DNA of 64,000 nt from Mayamaea pseudoterrestris (Eukaryota): positions 248,001-312,000 of the forward strand of contig BROI01000029.1 in NCBI GenBank assembly GCA_027923505.1. Direction: 5' to 3'. Of this stretch, positions 1 through 11,886 are shown in pieces. Made by a program: the position numbers and the translations under genes. The notes under the pieces are model-generated. The model was given only the letters and a program-made list of their open reading frames with translations. It was not told the DNA's origin and ran no database searches. Each line of letters starts with the position of its first letter. The stretch's first letter is position 1.

Positions 1-275
1 GGCTCAACATAAAGTCTACATAGGCATAGCGCAACATAAAGCATAAAGCAGGCAAGCAAGCACACTTTGCGACTTGCCGCGCGTTACTAGACTATGATGC
101 CTTTACGCGTACATCATGATGATCCGTCGCAGTAACATAAGCAAGAAAGTTTCCAAGGTCTGTTTCTATTGCGTCTAATGGTTAAAATCGCGAGGTACTC
201 TATCCTTTTTGTATCTGTAATGTGGGCTGGTTGCGTTGTCGTTGATGTATTGTATACGATGCATGACCGACCTGT

Positions 276-2333
276 CTAGCAGCACGATTCTACTGACTGG
301 AGGCACGTCAAGGCAGGCTCTAGCTGTACAAGACCGTATCCGTAAGCATTGTCGACACCATATGGTCCCAAGTCCTGCGCCGTTTGTTTCAAGCACTTCT
401 CAACTTGTTGGTTTGTGCAGCTGCGGCATTCCCGCCATATGACGCCTATCGCCCCAGTGACGGCTGGTGTAGCCATCGAAGTTCCATCCTTAATACCAAA
501 ACCAAAATTATTCGTCTCGAAGGTCACACTGGTGCCAAGGTAGTTGCTCAGAAGATTTTGGCCCGTCGCATTATCAACAGCGACGACTGGAATGGAAACT
601 CTTGTGTTGAAGGCCAGCTTTCCGCCGAACGATTGATCAGTCGTGGCCTGATAAACTATTATTCCGATGCCCAGCCCTGCCTGGCACCGCCGAGCTTGAC
701 CTTCATAGCCCTGTCGATTGCTTCTGTTTAGTTGAGTATGAGTATAAAGTTGTCAGCAGTTGTCGTAGCTAGGCGGGACAGTCCACTGAACACGTTAGCT
801 TACCGTTGTATGAGACAAACATGGCCACCAGGACCGGGGCAGGCTTCGGTTGCTGCCTTTCTAGGACATTGAACGATTGGCCCACTTGCTGGAGCATCGA
901 ACATCTTTGATCGCTTCGCGTAAATCCCCATGAGCGTTGAGCCATCTTGCTCCATGGTCAGCACGACAAGCGGAAGACTTTCCGCATTCGTCAGTGGAAC
1001 TGTTGATATGATATTGCGGCCAAACGCAACCAGATCTACTCGATTATTCGTTTGGGAAAACCAGGAGCTTTGCAAGTCCTCGTCAACCGAAGCGACGGAA
1101 ATGACGGACGTGTATGAGGCTGGATAGAGGTACTCGCCCGTCGCCCCGTTATTGCCAGCGGCGGCAACGACGAGACGATTCTGGTTGTAGTAAAGATCGT
1201 CAAAGAATTGGTTCGTCGACTGTAGGTACGATGACACCACAATGGAGACATTGATTACATTGGCACCATTCTGCGCAGCCCATTCAATGGCACTGAGAAT
1301 GTCGCTCACGTAACCAATGCCATCACTCATGAGTGCTTTTCCAATCAGATAGCAAACGTTGCCGTCCGGAATCATGCCCTCGATTCCCAAATTGTTGTTG
1401 CCGAGGGCACCGATTGTCCCCATCACTGCGTGCATGATAATTAATTTGGCGAAACGGTGAGATGAGAGCGAATAGTAAGCGGCATTGCACCATAGACATT
1501 GCTCGCGCACTCTCGTACAAAGGGTATACAACATACCGTGAGTTCCATGTGCGTAGAGCGGAGTACTCCAAGAATCTCCATCGTAGGTGCTGGCAAAGTC
1601 TTGACCGACGCAATTCTCGGGACGTGACCGACACGGCAAGTCATAATGCGAAATGTCTGTGATAAAGGAAGAACAATGAGCATCGTGTCTGTTTGGTAAT
1701 CATGTTACCTATAAGCTCATGTTGCGTTCACTCACCTACTCCACTATCAACAATTCCAATCTTGAAACTGCTCGGATCGCTGCAACTTCCACTCGTCGTT
1801 GCCGTCTTTTCCATAGTCGACTCCATTCGACCAGCGTAGCCAGGCGGCCCTTGAATGTTTGCCACATTGAACGGAACGACTTGACTGGCACAGGTCGCAA
1901 TGAGATCAGGCTCAATGTAGTTGATATTCTCGTCCAAGTCCAAATCGTTTAATGCGGCGACAGAAATGGTGGTTGCCATGGCGTTAATGGACGCAAATTC
2001 CTTGTAGGTAAAGTTTGAAGTGCGCAGCTGGTGCTTGGCGAGTATGCTATCTCTTCCAGCAGTATTGCGAAAACCAATAATGACTTTTAGATCTTCATCC
2101 TGTTGAAGATTTCGTACTCGAGTAGCTAGCTCGTGGTGTACTTTGGTCGGTTGCTGTAGTGGTGCGCCAGCATTGTTCTTGGCCGTGGGCGACGACGAGG
2201 AAGCTGGTCGATCCAACGAGCCATGAGACGCTTCTTCGCCGCCACGGAGGCTTTTAGTCGATTGCGCCAGCAAGCATGGACTCTGGCTGATCAGCTGTAG
2301 GCTGACAAGCACGAGAGAAAGCCTCATGGTCAC
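276..2333 (-). CDS. Secreted subtilisin-like serine protease (S8) with propeptide and PA-domain-like insert; 4 exons (2333-1736, 1656-1537, 1425-804, 723-276)
   Basis: Signal peptide; catalytic motifs IVDSGVD, HGTHVMG and GTSMATP are rebuilt in frame using GT-AG introns 1657-1735, 1426-1536 and 724-803; AAAGNNG oxyanion motif. Confidence 0.9.
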
Positions 2334-2867
2334 TCGTTAAGTGGCGAAAGGACGGACAAGCAATGATGGAGGGCGAAACTTCTCCAAGATCGGCTGGCGC
2401 GCGCTGGTCACACACAAAATGCGTATCACACTGCTGTGGAGTGTACAACGGCTGGAAAGGCTGGCGTCATCATTCCGTCTCAGCGGTTCACGATGTTCCA
2501 CGAGCGCGACGGCGCAACGCAAGGTTTTGGCGCTCGAAAGACTCTCGTCTCGTCTCAACGTTCACTCATCCATCCGCTCTTATCATTTGCACGTCTGTAC
2601 CTCTCACTAGCCTTTCAATCGTATGGGACGATTGCCTTGGTCGTACAATCTTAATTTAGATTGACTTTTGGTTACGAGGCGGTACGAATCACAAGCAGCG
2701 TCGTGACACCCGCTGTCGTCGACTTGGCACTGACGAGCTCGCATCAAGCCTTGATCGGAACAAAGTTCAACACAACAATACGCTTTACGTAACGACGCTG
2801 TATCATCGCTGCGTATTTGGCTTTGAAATCTATTGCATTAAGTTAGAGGAAGGAAAGGAAACAGGGG

Positions 2868-4679
2868 ATGAATCAATTGTTAGACATTATTGCTGCATCA
2901 TCTTTCTTCAACGTTGCGACTGAAATATTAAGCAAATTGCCGAACCAAAGCACTCAGCTTTTACAAGAAGAGCTTGCACATCAGTCTTTTGTTAACAGGC
3001 TGTATTTTGCTATTTCCAATTGCTACGAGATTGTCATGACGACTACCGGCATCTTGCTTTTGCTATTTCTCGCAACCCTTGCCAAGCCATTTCAAACGAT
3101 TCGCTGGAGGAGGAACGCGAAAGGGACCGCGAAGCGTGTAGTGCCCGAGCCGACAATAGTAGGCGCAACATTGGAGGATGAATCTACTACTAGATCGAGT
3201 CAGCAGCGACCGCAGCAATGGATGCAAATGTGGAACGACTTTACGTCGCCACTGACATATCTCATGTCAAAGAATTTTAGCGATTCGCTCAACGAGACGG
3301 ACATTTCCGACGAGTTTGTCTTGACGCCTCGGCCATGCAACGTTCTGCATTTTTGCTTTTTGATGCATGGACATCGAGGCTATAGCCAAGACTTGGCCTA
3401 TTTGTCGGCGCAAATGCGCAAGGTCGCTCTGGCAAAGTTTGCAAAACAAAGTGATGGCTCGAATGAGCAATTTAATGACATTGTCTTGCATGCCATGGTT
3501 TGCAACGAAAAAAAGACGACCGATGGCGTGGTAAATGGTGGCGAGCGTGCGATTGAGGAAATGCTGGAAGTAATCAGACGAGGTGTTTTGGAACGACAAG
3601 CGATGGAGAACGATACTTTGAAATGCCAAGATATTACAATATCGGTCCTCGGAAATAGTCTTGGTGGTATCTATGCTCGATATGCAGTGGCCAAGTTAAC
3701 GGAACGATGGAACTGTACGACTGGAACTGAAGATGAACAATCGACCTTGTTTGCGACGATGAACAACCGAACATTTCGTGTTCACTACAATGTCTTTTGC
3801 ACGACGGCTACTCCTCACTTGGGTATTGCTGGGCATACATTTCTACCAATCCCTCGGTCAGCGGAAATTGGAGTTGCTCATGCCATGGGCAATACCGGGC
3901 GAGACTTGTTTCGATGTAACGATCTGCTCAAGGACATGGCCACTAGACGTGAATATCTTGAGCCCCTTGGCCGCTTTCGAAAACGAATAGCATACGCCAA
4001 TGCGTATGGGACTGATTTTCCTGTTCCAGCTCACACGGCTGCGTTTTTGAGCGAAACGTCAACCTACCCACATCATTTCTCAGACAACTGCAACGCTAGT
4101 AATGTTGTTGTTGAAGACGGTGGGCTCGTCGTCGCCACGCTGCACACTCCAGCATCCAGTGAGTACAGTAGTGGGACAGACTCTACCGATCTGCAGATGG
4201 ATGCTTGGGATGATGATTCGGAGGACCGTAGTGAGTTGGAGTTGATGTCGCAATCACTCGATGCACTGGGGTGGAAGAAAGTTTTCATCGACGTTCGAAA
4301 AGAGATTCCAAAGATTGCGCTACCAATAAGTTTCATTCGAAAAACAGTCACACAAATGACTAGTGGCGGCGAAGTGAATGAGAGCCTGATTGTGGTCGAC
4401 GAGGAGGCGTCGTCGCCGGAATTGATTGAACAGCTCAGAGAGCGAGGCGTGGTCGGATCGAAAGACATCGCAGCCGCTGTGACGGTACCTTTGTTCGATG
4501 AGCAATTTCATTGGCCGATGGGCCACAATATGATCGTAGCTTTCAGTCGATCGAAGTTCAGCGCTTATATGAATAAAGCCGGACGGCCTGTTGTCGATGC
4601 TCTCGCCAAGGCTTTAGTCGAGGAAATTTTTGCTTGGCAACTACCACGCTCAACGGAGCAGGGACACATTGAAGGTTGA
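2868..4679 (+). CDS. DUF676 putative serine esterase/lipase (alpha/beta hydrolase); true start may be a later Met near 3037
   Basis: HFCFLMHGHRG, KTTDGV, GNSLGG nucleophile elbow, TATPHLG, F-x-x-R-x-x-YAN motifs. Confidence 0.8.
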   Translation: MNQLLDIIAASSFFNVATEILSKLPNQSTQLLQEELAHQSFVNRLYFAISNCYEIVMTTTGILLLLFLATLAKPFQTIRWRRNAKGTAKRVVPEPTIVGATLEDESTTRSSQQRPQQWMQMWNDFTSPLTYLMSKNFSDSLNETDISDEFVLTPRPCNVLHFCFLMHGHRGYSQDLAYLSAQMRKVALAKFAKQSDGSNEQFNDIVLHAMVCNEKKTTDGVVNGGERAIEEMLEVIRRGVLERQAMENDTLKCQDITISVLGNSLGGIYARYAVAKLTERWNCTTGTEDEQSTLFATMNNRTFRVHYNVFCTTATPHLGIAGHTFLPIPRSAEIGVAHAMGNTGRDLFRCNDLLKDMATRREYLEPLGRFRKRIAYANAYGTDFPVPAHTAAFLSETSTYPHHFSDNCNASNVVVEDGGLVVATLHTPASSEYSSGTDSTDLQMDAWDDDSEDRSELELMSQSLDALGWKKVFIDVRKEIPKIALPISFIRKTVTQMTSGGEVNESLIVVDEEASSPELIEQLRERGVVGSKDIAAAVTVPLFDEQFHWPMGHNMIVAFSRSKFSAYMNKAGRPVVDALAKALVEEIFAWQLPRSTEQGHIEG

Positions 4680-5001
4680 TTTTTAGTACATAGTTTATAG
4701 CAGACCTTGCATCGCTTATTTTCCTAAGTTGCTATTGTAGAGCAGCTTGCCCCCTTCACTCTCTACGATAATCTGTCATGTTTTGCGATTTTAGTAGGCA
4801 TTTCCTCGTTTGCTAACGGAATCATAGCTATTATCCTCAGAAGGTTGTCGTCCGCTTTAATTTTTGGCTACTAAGTTTTATGCTAATATGATTTATATTC
4901 ACCGCTACTTCCAAGTATTCCGTTCGATCCAACTAGAGCAATCCCGCCATCAACCATAAAAACGCACAAAATCCAAGGCATTTTAAGTGACGCGGATGAC
5001 T

Positions 5002-6690
5002 TTAACGTTCAAGTCCCTGCCACTGCCAGATATCGCAAACTCGACCGTCAACATACATAATTCGAGAACCAACTCGTTCATCTCGATCGACTTGATTGTA
5101 AGCAGTCTTCCAAACACTGCTGACAAAACGAACCTGGGCCGCATAATTGCCTGGAAACATGCTGCTCTTGACTTCATCTCGAATAACATCAACTTTTACC
5201 CAGCCACTGGAAGCCTTGAGGTGATTGTACACCAAGACCTTGGCGCGTTGAACATCGTCGTTGTGTTTGCTCACCGCTTTGCATTTGCCTTGGACGGCGT
5301 AGACAATGCAGGCAACCAAACTGGCCGCAGCGCAAATCCAAAGGTGCTGGCGAAAGGCGGCCCCGAGGAATGAGACAGCCTTCTTGAAAAGCAAGCCCCA
5401 AATCAGCGCCTTAATCGAGTCCCAAGTCGAATTGATAGCGCGCTCAACGCGACACTCGGTTGGGAGCGCTAGCTGATGCACCAACTCCGAGGACAGGCCA
5501 ATCCAAACAGACTCCTTTTTCATTTCCAAATTCAATCCTGACGCGAGACCATTGACGAGGGCAAACTCGAGCCAGGCAGGCGTGTCGGCATCAATGGACG
5601 CATGCTCGTCCAACCCGTTCGCCAGGTCAAAGAAATCGACCATGAGTGAGCCTGTCCAGGATTCAGAGTTTCGGATCTTCATCGACGGTTGTTGAAAGCA
5701 CATGTCCGCCACTGTCAATTCTTTGAGACGGTGAATGATCATCTGCAAAGTGGCCTTGGCAGTAAGCGACAAGTCGCAAGACATGCGATCAGCGGACGGA
5801 ACAAACACCGAGGCTTTGAAGTGGTCAGCGCCGCATGAAATCAGCTCGCCGCCTTCACAACTTCCACCATTGGGGCAAGAAAATATCTTGTTCGTCGCAA
5901 CCGCCATGGCGCATCGTTCCGTATAGAATGTATCGCTCGAGTCCGAATTCACAAAGCATCGAGCGAGCTGAGGAACCGCGTAGGTTGTCATGACTGGCCA
6001 GCTCGTTGGCAATACCAAGACTCCAAGGATCGACAAATACCAGCAAACTGCAGCAGCGCAAGCAGAGAGTACAAGCTTGAGTAGTGCATTCTTCTTACGT
6101 CCACCGAGTCGGTTGGTAGAGACGCGAACATCACCAAAATCGCTTAACGTGGAGTCGCCATGCATACAATGATCCTCTTCAAAGTAAACAATAGAATTAG
6201 CAAAAGTAGCATCTTCAGTAGCGACTGCCGCCGCCAATGGAGCCATCGTCGATGCTGATTTTTTGCGAGAAACAGCCGTGCGAGCATGAACTTGCGGAGC
6301 AACGAAGGCAACGGGCTTGCAGACTGGAGTAGGAGCAACAGCAGCCAATGAAACTTGCTTCTGTACCTTCTTGACTCGTCCAGCCTTGCCAGCACTTTGT
6401 GAAGCAACGACTGGAGCAGGTTTCATTAGAGCGGCAATTGCTTGCGCCGCAATGAGATCATCAACTTCCTTCTTCGCAGCAGCCATTTCCTGAATGCGGA
6501 GCGCGTCTTGAGCAACCCAAAGCTTGGCCTTAAGGGCTTTCTCGGCCATTACCTCCTTTTTGCTTCGCTTGGCAGGTCGAACCATGTGGCTTTCGACCGA
6601 CTCCTCCGTCACGCTGGCGCATGACTTGCGCTTGCTACTGCTGGAAGGTGCAGCTTTGACAATCGCTTTGCGTTTGCGTGCGGGCGCCAT
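5002..6690 (-). CDS. Inner nuclear membrane protein, Man1/Src1 C-terminal (MSC) domain-like
   Basis: Basic NLS-rich N-terminus, two hydrophobic segments, luminal CPNGGSCEGG motif, C-terminal winged-helix-like end (D-x-RV...IWQW). Confidence 0.6.
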   Translation of the reverse strand: MAPARKRKAIVKAAPSSSSKRKSCASVTEESVESHMVRPAKRSKKEVMAEKALKAKLWVAQDALRIQEMAAAKKEVDDLIAAQAIAALMKPAPVVASQSAGKAGRVKKVQKQVSLAAVAPTPVCKPVAFVAPQVHARTAVSRKKSASTMAPLAAAVATEDATFANSIVYFEEDHCMHGDSTLSDFGDVRVSTNRLGGRKKNALLKLVLSACAAAVCWYLSILGVLVLPTSWPVMTTYAVPQLARCFVNSDSSDTFYTERCAMAVATNKIFSCPNGGSCEGGELISCGADHFKASVFVPSADRMSCDLSLTAKATLQMIIHRLKELTVADMCFQQPSMKIRNSESWTGSLMVDFFDLANGLDEHASIDADTPAWLEFALVNGLASGLNLEMKKESVWIGLSSELVHQLALPTECRVERAINSTWDSIKALIWGLLFKKAVSFLGAAFRQHLWICAAASLVACIVYAVQGKCKAVSKHNDDVQRAKVLVYNHLKASSGWVKVDVIRDEVKSSMFPGNYAAQVRFVSSVWKTAYNQVDRDERVGSRIMYVDGRVCDIWQWQGLER

Positions 6691-7646
6691 GGTGAATATC
6701 TAGTCTCTTGGAGAATGAATAATGCAATCGCTTCGTCTCAAAATGAATTTTTGTGCGACACAAGACGCGAGTTGCGGGTGGAGCGATCGCTCGTTTTGTC
6801 CGTTTCGTCTGCACGTCTGGAGGAAAAGCTGAAACCGGTCCGCTCGCCAAAATAGACTCCTCGAGTCGCAGTTTCGCACCTTTTGGCTCATGATCAAAAG
6901 TCGTAAGCCACTCAGGTATGATCATCCCAAGCAGCCCGTCTATGATACTATGATGGAGCCCAGATGGTGTTGGAGTACGCAACAACATGTCCGTCTGCCG
7001 GATATCGGTACCGGTACGACGTCTCTAAGACAAAGAGTATTCTACGCAGTAGCTACTATTGAATCTCTGACGGATCAATGGATCTTATGAGAATTACGAA
7101 AGAACAAGTTCTCGATTAACAATCAATAGCGTAACGTATATTGAGTATCTATTCTGCTAATTGCATGTTTTACCCGTCTACCTACGTTAGGTCATACGTA
7201 TTCTATTCTGATGGAACAATGAGGCTCCCTTCTCTATTAGTCGTCATTTCAGGCTCGTATAAAATAAAAATGATGAACATCAGTGCCGAATCACCTTCGG
7301 TTAGTTCCAATGATGTGCCAAATAGCCCAATACCGCTGAACATGCAACAAGTGCTTGATCAGTGTCAGCAAACTTCAAGGTGGCCGTGTCGCTGCGAAAT
7401 CTATGTACAAACTACAAGATAGTTCATTCAATGTCAAAATATCAAAGTGTATCATTGTTGTTCCACATGTTCGCGGGATTGTGCTATTGGCATGTTATTG
7501 GTTCCTCGCGACATACGTGTTGCGTGCTTTGCTGATTGGACACGCTCGATACCGTAATTAGTCATCACCGTTTCTGTCCGAAGCTGAATTGTCCGTCCGT
7601 CCACAATTTCAATTATCCATCCGATGCTTCATATAGACTCTTTGTG

Positions 7647-9113
7647 ATGGACTCCGAATCTCTTGACACAAGTAAGAGAAAGACCGACGACAATGAAAAC
7701 GACTCAAGCAGTGGAACGCTGGCGGATCGGCCACTGCGTCGAAGGTACGGAGATGAATCGCCGTCGGAGCAAAGGAAGAAACAGACCCAAGAGCTTGCCG
7801 AGCTGCGCCAGCAAAGTGAAGCACTGAGACAAGAAGGTGGTTTAAATCCTGAGGACAAGCAGCGGCAACTTGGTATGATTTATTCTCGAAGAAAGCGACT
7901 TCGCGCAAAGCAAAAAGAGTTGGAGCTAGAGGAAGAAATTGAGCGTGTTCGAGCCTCGAACCAACAGCTCAAGGTTGACAATTCTCGCCTTGAAGCTATA
8001 TATTCCGTAGTGATGGCCCAACTGTCTCAACAGACGCAACTGTCCCACACGACTGCCCCTTTGCTTCCCTCACAATCAGCATTTGCCCACGTACACGCTG
8101 GTCAGCCGCAATGGCCCTCCCATCAAAGGCTACCCTTCGGGCTGCCAACAAGCTCATTGGAGTTACCAGGTGCATATCTCCATCCACCATTGCCTCATTT
8201 GGGAGATACCGGGCACTCTCTCGTTCCTTCCATGTATCACTACCATCGTCACGTCGAAATGAGTGGCACGCCGGCAACAATGCCGTCTTTACAGGGTGCA
8301 ATCGCCAATCAGGCAATATCCGACTGGCAAAAGGCGGCGGTCTCCCAGAACCTCCAATATGCGGAAATGGACGCAATACCCCGGGTATCGACAATGCCAT
8401 CGCTCCATGATACTTCTGACAACCAAACAATCTCCAATTGGCAGCGCGCACCAGCGCTTCAAACCCAACACCTGTTTGGGTTGGAAACCATGCCGAGGGC
8501 ATCAACAATGCCGTCGCTACATGCGCCATTCACAAATCATGCTCCTTCCAGTATGCAGCGGGGCGTCGCGAGCCAGCATAATGAAGGGTGGGATGATATT
8601 ACAAGGCAGCAGCCTACAATTCCATCGCACGAAGTTTCCATGGGCCGAGATCAGCCACAAAGTGCCTCGACGCAGTTCTCATTTGCTCATACTCCCAACC
8701 ATATGCGGTTTGGTCAGCAGCATACTCCCTCGTTCCAAGCTTTTAATGCGAGTGGCCACTTGGCACAACATTTGGGCAACGATGCATTGGCCGAACAGGG
8801 GCATGCGCACACGATGACCGATCCGCAGCACTTGCACAACACGAACATGCCTCCTGCTGCGCATCCTTGGCCATTCATTGATCCATCGTTAGATACAAAC
8901 ATGCTGCGCATACAGCCAATGACTTTGTCAGAGGGAGGAAACCAACAGTACGCAACGTCTGCCGTTGCGCGTGCTGCCACGCAGTTTCATCCACCCTTGG
9001 ATCAACAATTTTTTTTGCGCCAGCATGGACAGACTTCTCAGCCAGCTAGCGAGATTGCAGGAGACGATGCGGTCGTGGACGAGTATCAACCAAACCAGTT
9101 GAACTATCCGTAA
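7647..9113 (+). CDS. bZIP-like transcription factor with Q/H/P-rich low-complexity C-terminus
   Basis: Basic region KQRQLGMIYSRRKRLRAK followed by Leu/Ile heptads (LEEEIERVRASNQQLKVDNSRL). Confidence 0.7.
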   Translation: MDSESLDTSKRKTDDNENDSSSGTLADRPLRRRYGDESPSEQRKKQTQELAELRQQSEALRQEGGLNPEDKQRQLGMIYSRRKRLRAKQKELELEEEIERVRASNQQLKVDNSRLEAIYSVVMAQLSQQTQLSHTTAPLLPSQSAFAHVHAGQPQWPSHQRLPFGLPTSSLELPGAYLHPPLPHLGDTGHSLVPSMYHYHRHVEMSGTPATMPSLQGAIANQAISDWQKAAVSQNLQYAEMDAIPRVSTMPSLHDTSDNQTISNWQRAPALQTQHLFGLETMPRASTMPSLHAPFTNHAPSSMQRGVASQHNEGWDDITRQQPTIPSHEVSMGRDQPQSASTQFSFAHTPNHMRFGQQHTPSFQAFNASGHLAQHLGNDALAEQGHAHTMTDPQHLHNTNMPPAAHPWPFIDPSLDTNMLRIQPMTLSEGGNQQYATSAVARAATQFHPPLDQQFFLRQHGQTSQPASEIAGDDAVVDEYQPNQLNYP

Positions 9114-9428
9114 CAAGTCAGCCGGCAGCGGATGTGATCTCTGAGCAATTTCGTGGTATTGCTGGTGTCGGCGCAGTAGATATGGGCGGAAATGGGTAAT
9201 GTAGTCTTGTGTACACTAAACTCAAACGGTGTGGCTTTCGCATCGTTTATCAACTTGTATATGCCGGGGATCGGGGAGTAATGTAGCGATGACGATGCGC
9301 ACTATCTGCGGCGGCGAGAGGATCGCATCCAAAATAGGACGCTGCGAAGCATCGCACCGGTACTCAGTACCTTCCGAAAACATGCCACTGCCACTGCGGT
9401 TGCCAATCATGAATCTTTCGCCATTAAG

Positions 9429-10346
9429 ATGAAGCCGTTCGCACCTGAAACGCTTGCAGTAGCTGTATCAGCTGCTACTCTACTAGCTTATCGAGCATTG
9501 CGTCGAAAAAATCTCACAAACAACGGGGCTGCTGCTGGATTTATTGTCGGCTTTTTGCTCGTCGCAACTGGCCTCCGAGGATTGAATCTTTTCGTCTTTT
9601 ATCAACTGGGAAGCATGGCGACAAAGTATCAATCTCAACGGAAAGCAATATTGGATGAAACTGTGTCACAAACATCAACTAGAGGCATCAAACAAGTACT
9701 AGCAGTTAGTGTGATTGCCGTGATTCTGTCACTTTATCACGCGACTGTCCACGGAGCCGAGCAAGCCTTCACAAGCGACCACCCAGCGCAAACCAAGCTT
9801 GCCTGCGCCATTTTGGCTCACCATGCCACGTCGCTGGCGGATACGTGGGCGAGCGAACTCGGCATGCTTTCGCGCGAGCAGCCAAGGTCTATACTATGGC
9901 CGTTTCGAAAGGTGCCTGCAGGAACGAATGGAGGCGTCACGTTGACTGGAACATTGTGGAGTCTATTAGGAGGAGCATGTATAGGAATTTCAACCGTTAT
10001 ATTGGATGCCTTGTCGGGAATACAGCCTTTGCGAGCGATTCGCGTCGTTGTATTCGCGGGGTGCTGTGGGCTGCTTGGGAGTGTGATTGACTCTATTCTA
10101 GGAGCAACGCTACAAATCACATACTGGAACGAAACAACCAAGCAAGTATCACATAAAGCGGCAAAAGAGTTACATTCAATCAAGTCATCAACTCTATTGA
10201 GTGAGACCAACAAGCGTATAATAGGAGCGAATATCTTGACGAATGAGCAAGTCAACTTTGTCAGTCTTATATTGTCCACCTTCATCGGCGGATGGATTCT
10301 GGCACCATGCTTTTTTATTGACGTGACCAAAAAGTACATAATATAA
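9429..10346 (+). CDS. DUF92 / TMEM19-family membrane protein
   Basis: ADTWASELG, VPAGTNGGVT, GSVIDSILGATLQ, NEQVNF motifs; multiple transmembrane helices. Confidence 0.9.
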   Translation: MKPFAPETLAVAVSAATLLAYRALRRKNLTNNGAAAGFIVGFLLVATGLRGLNLFVFYQLGSMATKYQSQRKAILDETVSQTSTRGIKQVLAVSVIAVILSLYHATVHGAEQAFTSDHPAQTKLACAILAHHATSLADTWASELGMLSREQPRSILWPFRKVPAGTNGGVTLTGTLWSLLGGACIGISTVILDALSGIQPLRAIRVVVFAGCCGLLGSVIDSILGATLQITYWNETTKQVSHKAAKELHSIKSSTLLSETNKRIIGANILTNEQVNFVSLILSTFIGGWILAPCFFIDVTKKYII

Positions 10347-10354
10347 CTTATTTC

Positions 10355-11470
10355 TCACTCTGGAAGTACGCTCGTCAGGCCTCGTATGCAGTCCTTTGCC
10401 TCTTGCTCAATGCGCATGATAATGTCGTAAGTTCCTTCCGAAACAGAGTCGACATGACCAACTCCTTCACCACAAAGTACTCGTAGTTTGGCTGGATCTG
10501 CAACGGCCTGCGCCGCATTAAAGTCAGAAAGAATCTGACTATCTGATTTCGCAAGCTCCTCCTGCAGTTCATCGTATCGGCCATCCCAGCGTTCCGTTGC
10601 ATCGTTCCTCAAAGCTCCAACCGAGTCATACGGACGTGGCCACTTGGTCGGGGCTACCGCATTGTTGAATTGATCAAACACGGTTGTACGTAACACGTCG
10701 TCGCACGTCTTGCCCAGCAATTGCGCTTGCACCGCTGGAGACCCAATACTTTCAACCGACGCCCACAGCCGCGTCCCCAAAACGACTCCGTCACAGCCCA
10801 GCGCCAATGCCGCCGCCATGGCGCGTCCATTCATGATTCCACCAGCGGCAACGATTGGCACCCGAGAGCCGAACTCTTGCACCAATAAACTCGAGAGTGC
10901 CAAGGTTGAGCTTCCCAACTCGCGGCGCATTCCATGACCACCAGCCTCACTGCCTTGAGCAATCAAGCAATCGACTCCGGCATGTACGGCTTGTTGGGCT
11001 TCGCGAAAGGTTCCGACTTGGGCAATGAACTTGCAATTGTGTTCGTGTGCGAGTTGAACGTTGGAGACAAGTTTGGTCGTGTCATCTTCGTCATCATCAC
11101 CAGCTTCCTTCTTGCCATGATACATAATGGACGGCGCAAAAAACTGAATAAACTGCGGTTGATGCTTGATTAGTAACTGCTCGAAACGTTCCCATCCAGA
11201 CTCGTTCTGTAAGGCGGCGAATCCAATGAATCCAAGCGACAATGGTGCATTCAACGGAGCGTGTTTGCGAAAAATTTCAACCTGCTCCTCCACTTGCTGC
11301 ATATTGTCATTATATCCAGCAGCGACGAATCCTAAACCACCCGCTCGACACGTTTCCGCCGCCATTTTCCCACCAGCAACGCCTGCCATGGGGGCGCTGA
11401 TGATTGGCAGTCGCAGTGGAACGGAGCGCGTCAAGGCCGTGTTCCACTGCGATGACGATGATGATGTCAT
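10355..11470 (-). CDS. Nitronate monooxygenase / 2-nitropropane dioxygenase-like FMN enzyme
   Basis: PIISAPMAG, AGGLG, QGSEAGGH, AAGGI, GVVLGTR motifs. Confidence 0.9.
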   Translation of the reverse strand: MTSSSSSQWNTALTRSVPLRLPIISAPMAGVAGGKMAAETCRAGGLGFVAAGYNDNMQQVEEQVEIFRKHAPLNAPLSLGFIGFAALQNESGWERFEQLLIKHQPQFIQFFAPSIMYHGKKEAGDDDEDDTTKLVSNVQLAHEHNCKFIAQVGTFREAQQAVHAGVDCLIAQGSEAGGHGMRRELGSSTLALSSLLVQEFGSRVPIVAAGGIMNGRAMAAALALGCDGVVLGTRLWASVESIGSPAVQAQLLGKTCDDVLRTTVFDQFNNAVAPTKWPRPYDSVGALRNDATERWDGRYDELQEELAKSDSQILSDFNAAQAVADPAKLRVLCGEGVGHVDSVSEGTYDIIMRIEQEAKDCIRGLTSVLPE

Positions 11471-11886
11471 GGCTGCCAGCCTCAGTGTAGCCTGCATGCA
11501 ATCAATACAGTCGATGAGATGAGTTTTAAAGAGTATCCAGGTAGAGAAAGTGATGGGATGTTTCGAACAAAGATCCAAATCCTGCGTGTTCCGTGAAACC
11601 GACAGTTGAAGCGCGTTTGAAAGCATGTCATAGCGTTGATGAAGAGTCGGAGCGTTACTCCAGGGCATACGTACGCAGTCGTCGCGGTCGACCCTCCGTT
11701 TTCGGCTCCACCATGATCGACGAATAGACGAGTGACACGCTGTCCCAACTGTACTATAGCAGCCAGAGCTCTAAACTTCTCTTCACACCAAAAAAGCTGC
11801 TGCCAACGCGGTCTTGCTTTGGCAGTTTTCGCTGAAACATTTAGCCGACAATTGGCAATCCACAACGCAGGATCAGCACGACAAGA

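Noticed and set aside
1..60. Short repeated CATAAAG/CAACATAAAG motifs
   Set aside because: Too short, irregular and truncated by the window edge to call a repeat or telomere
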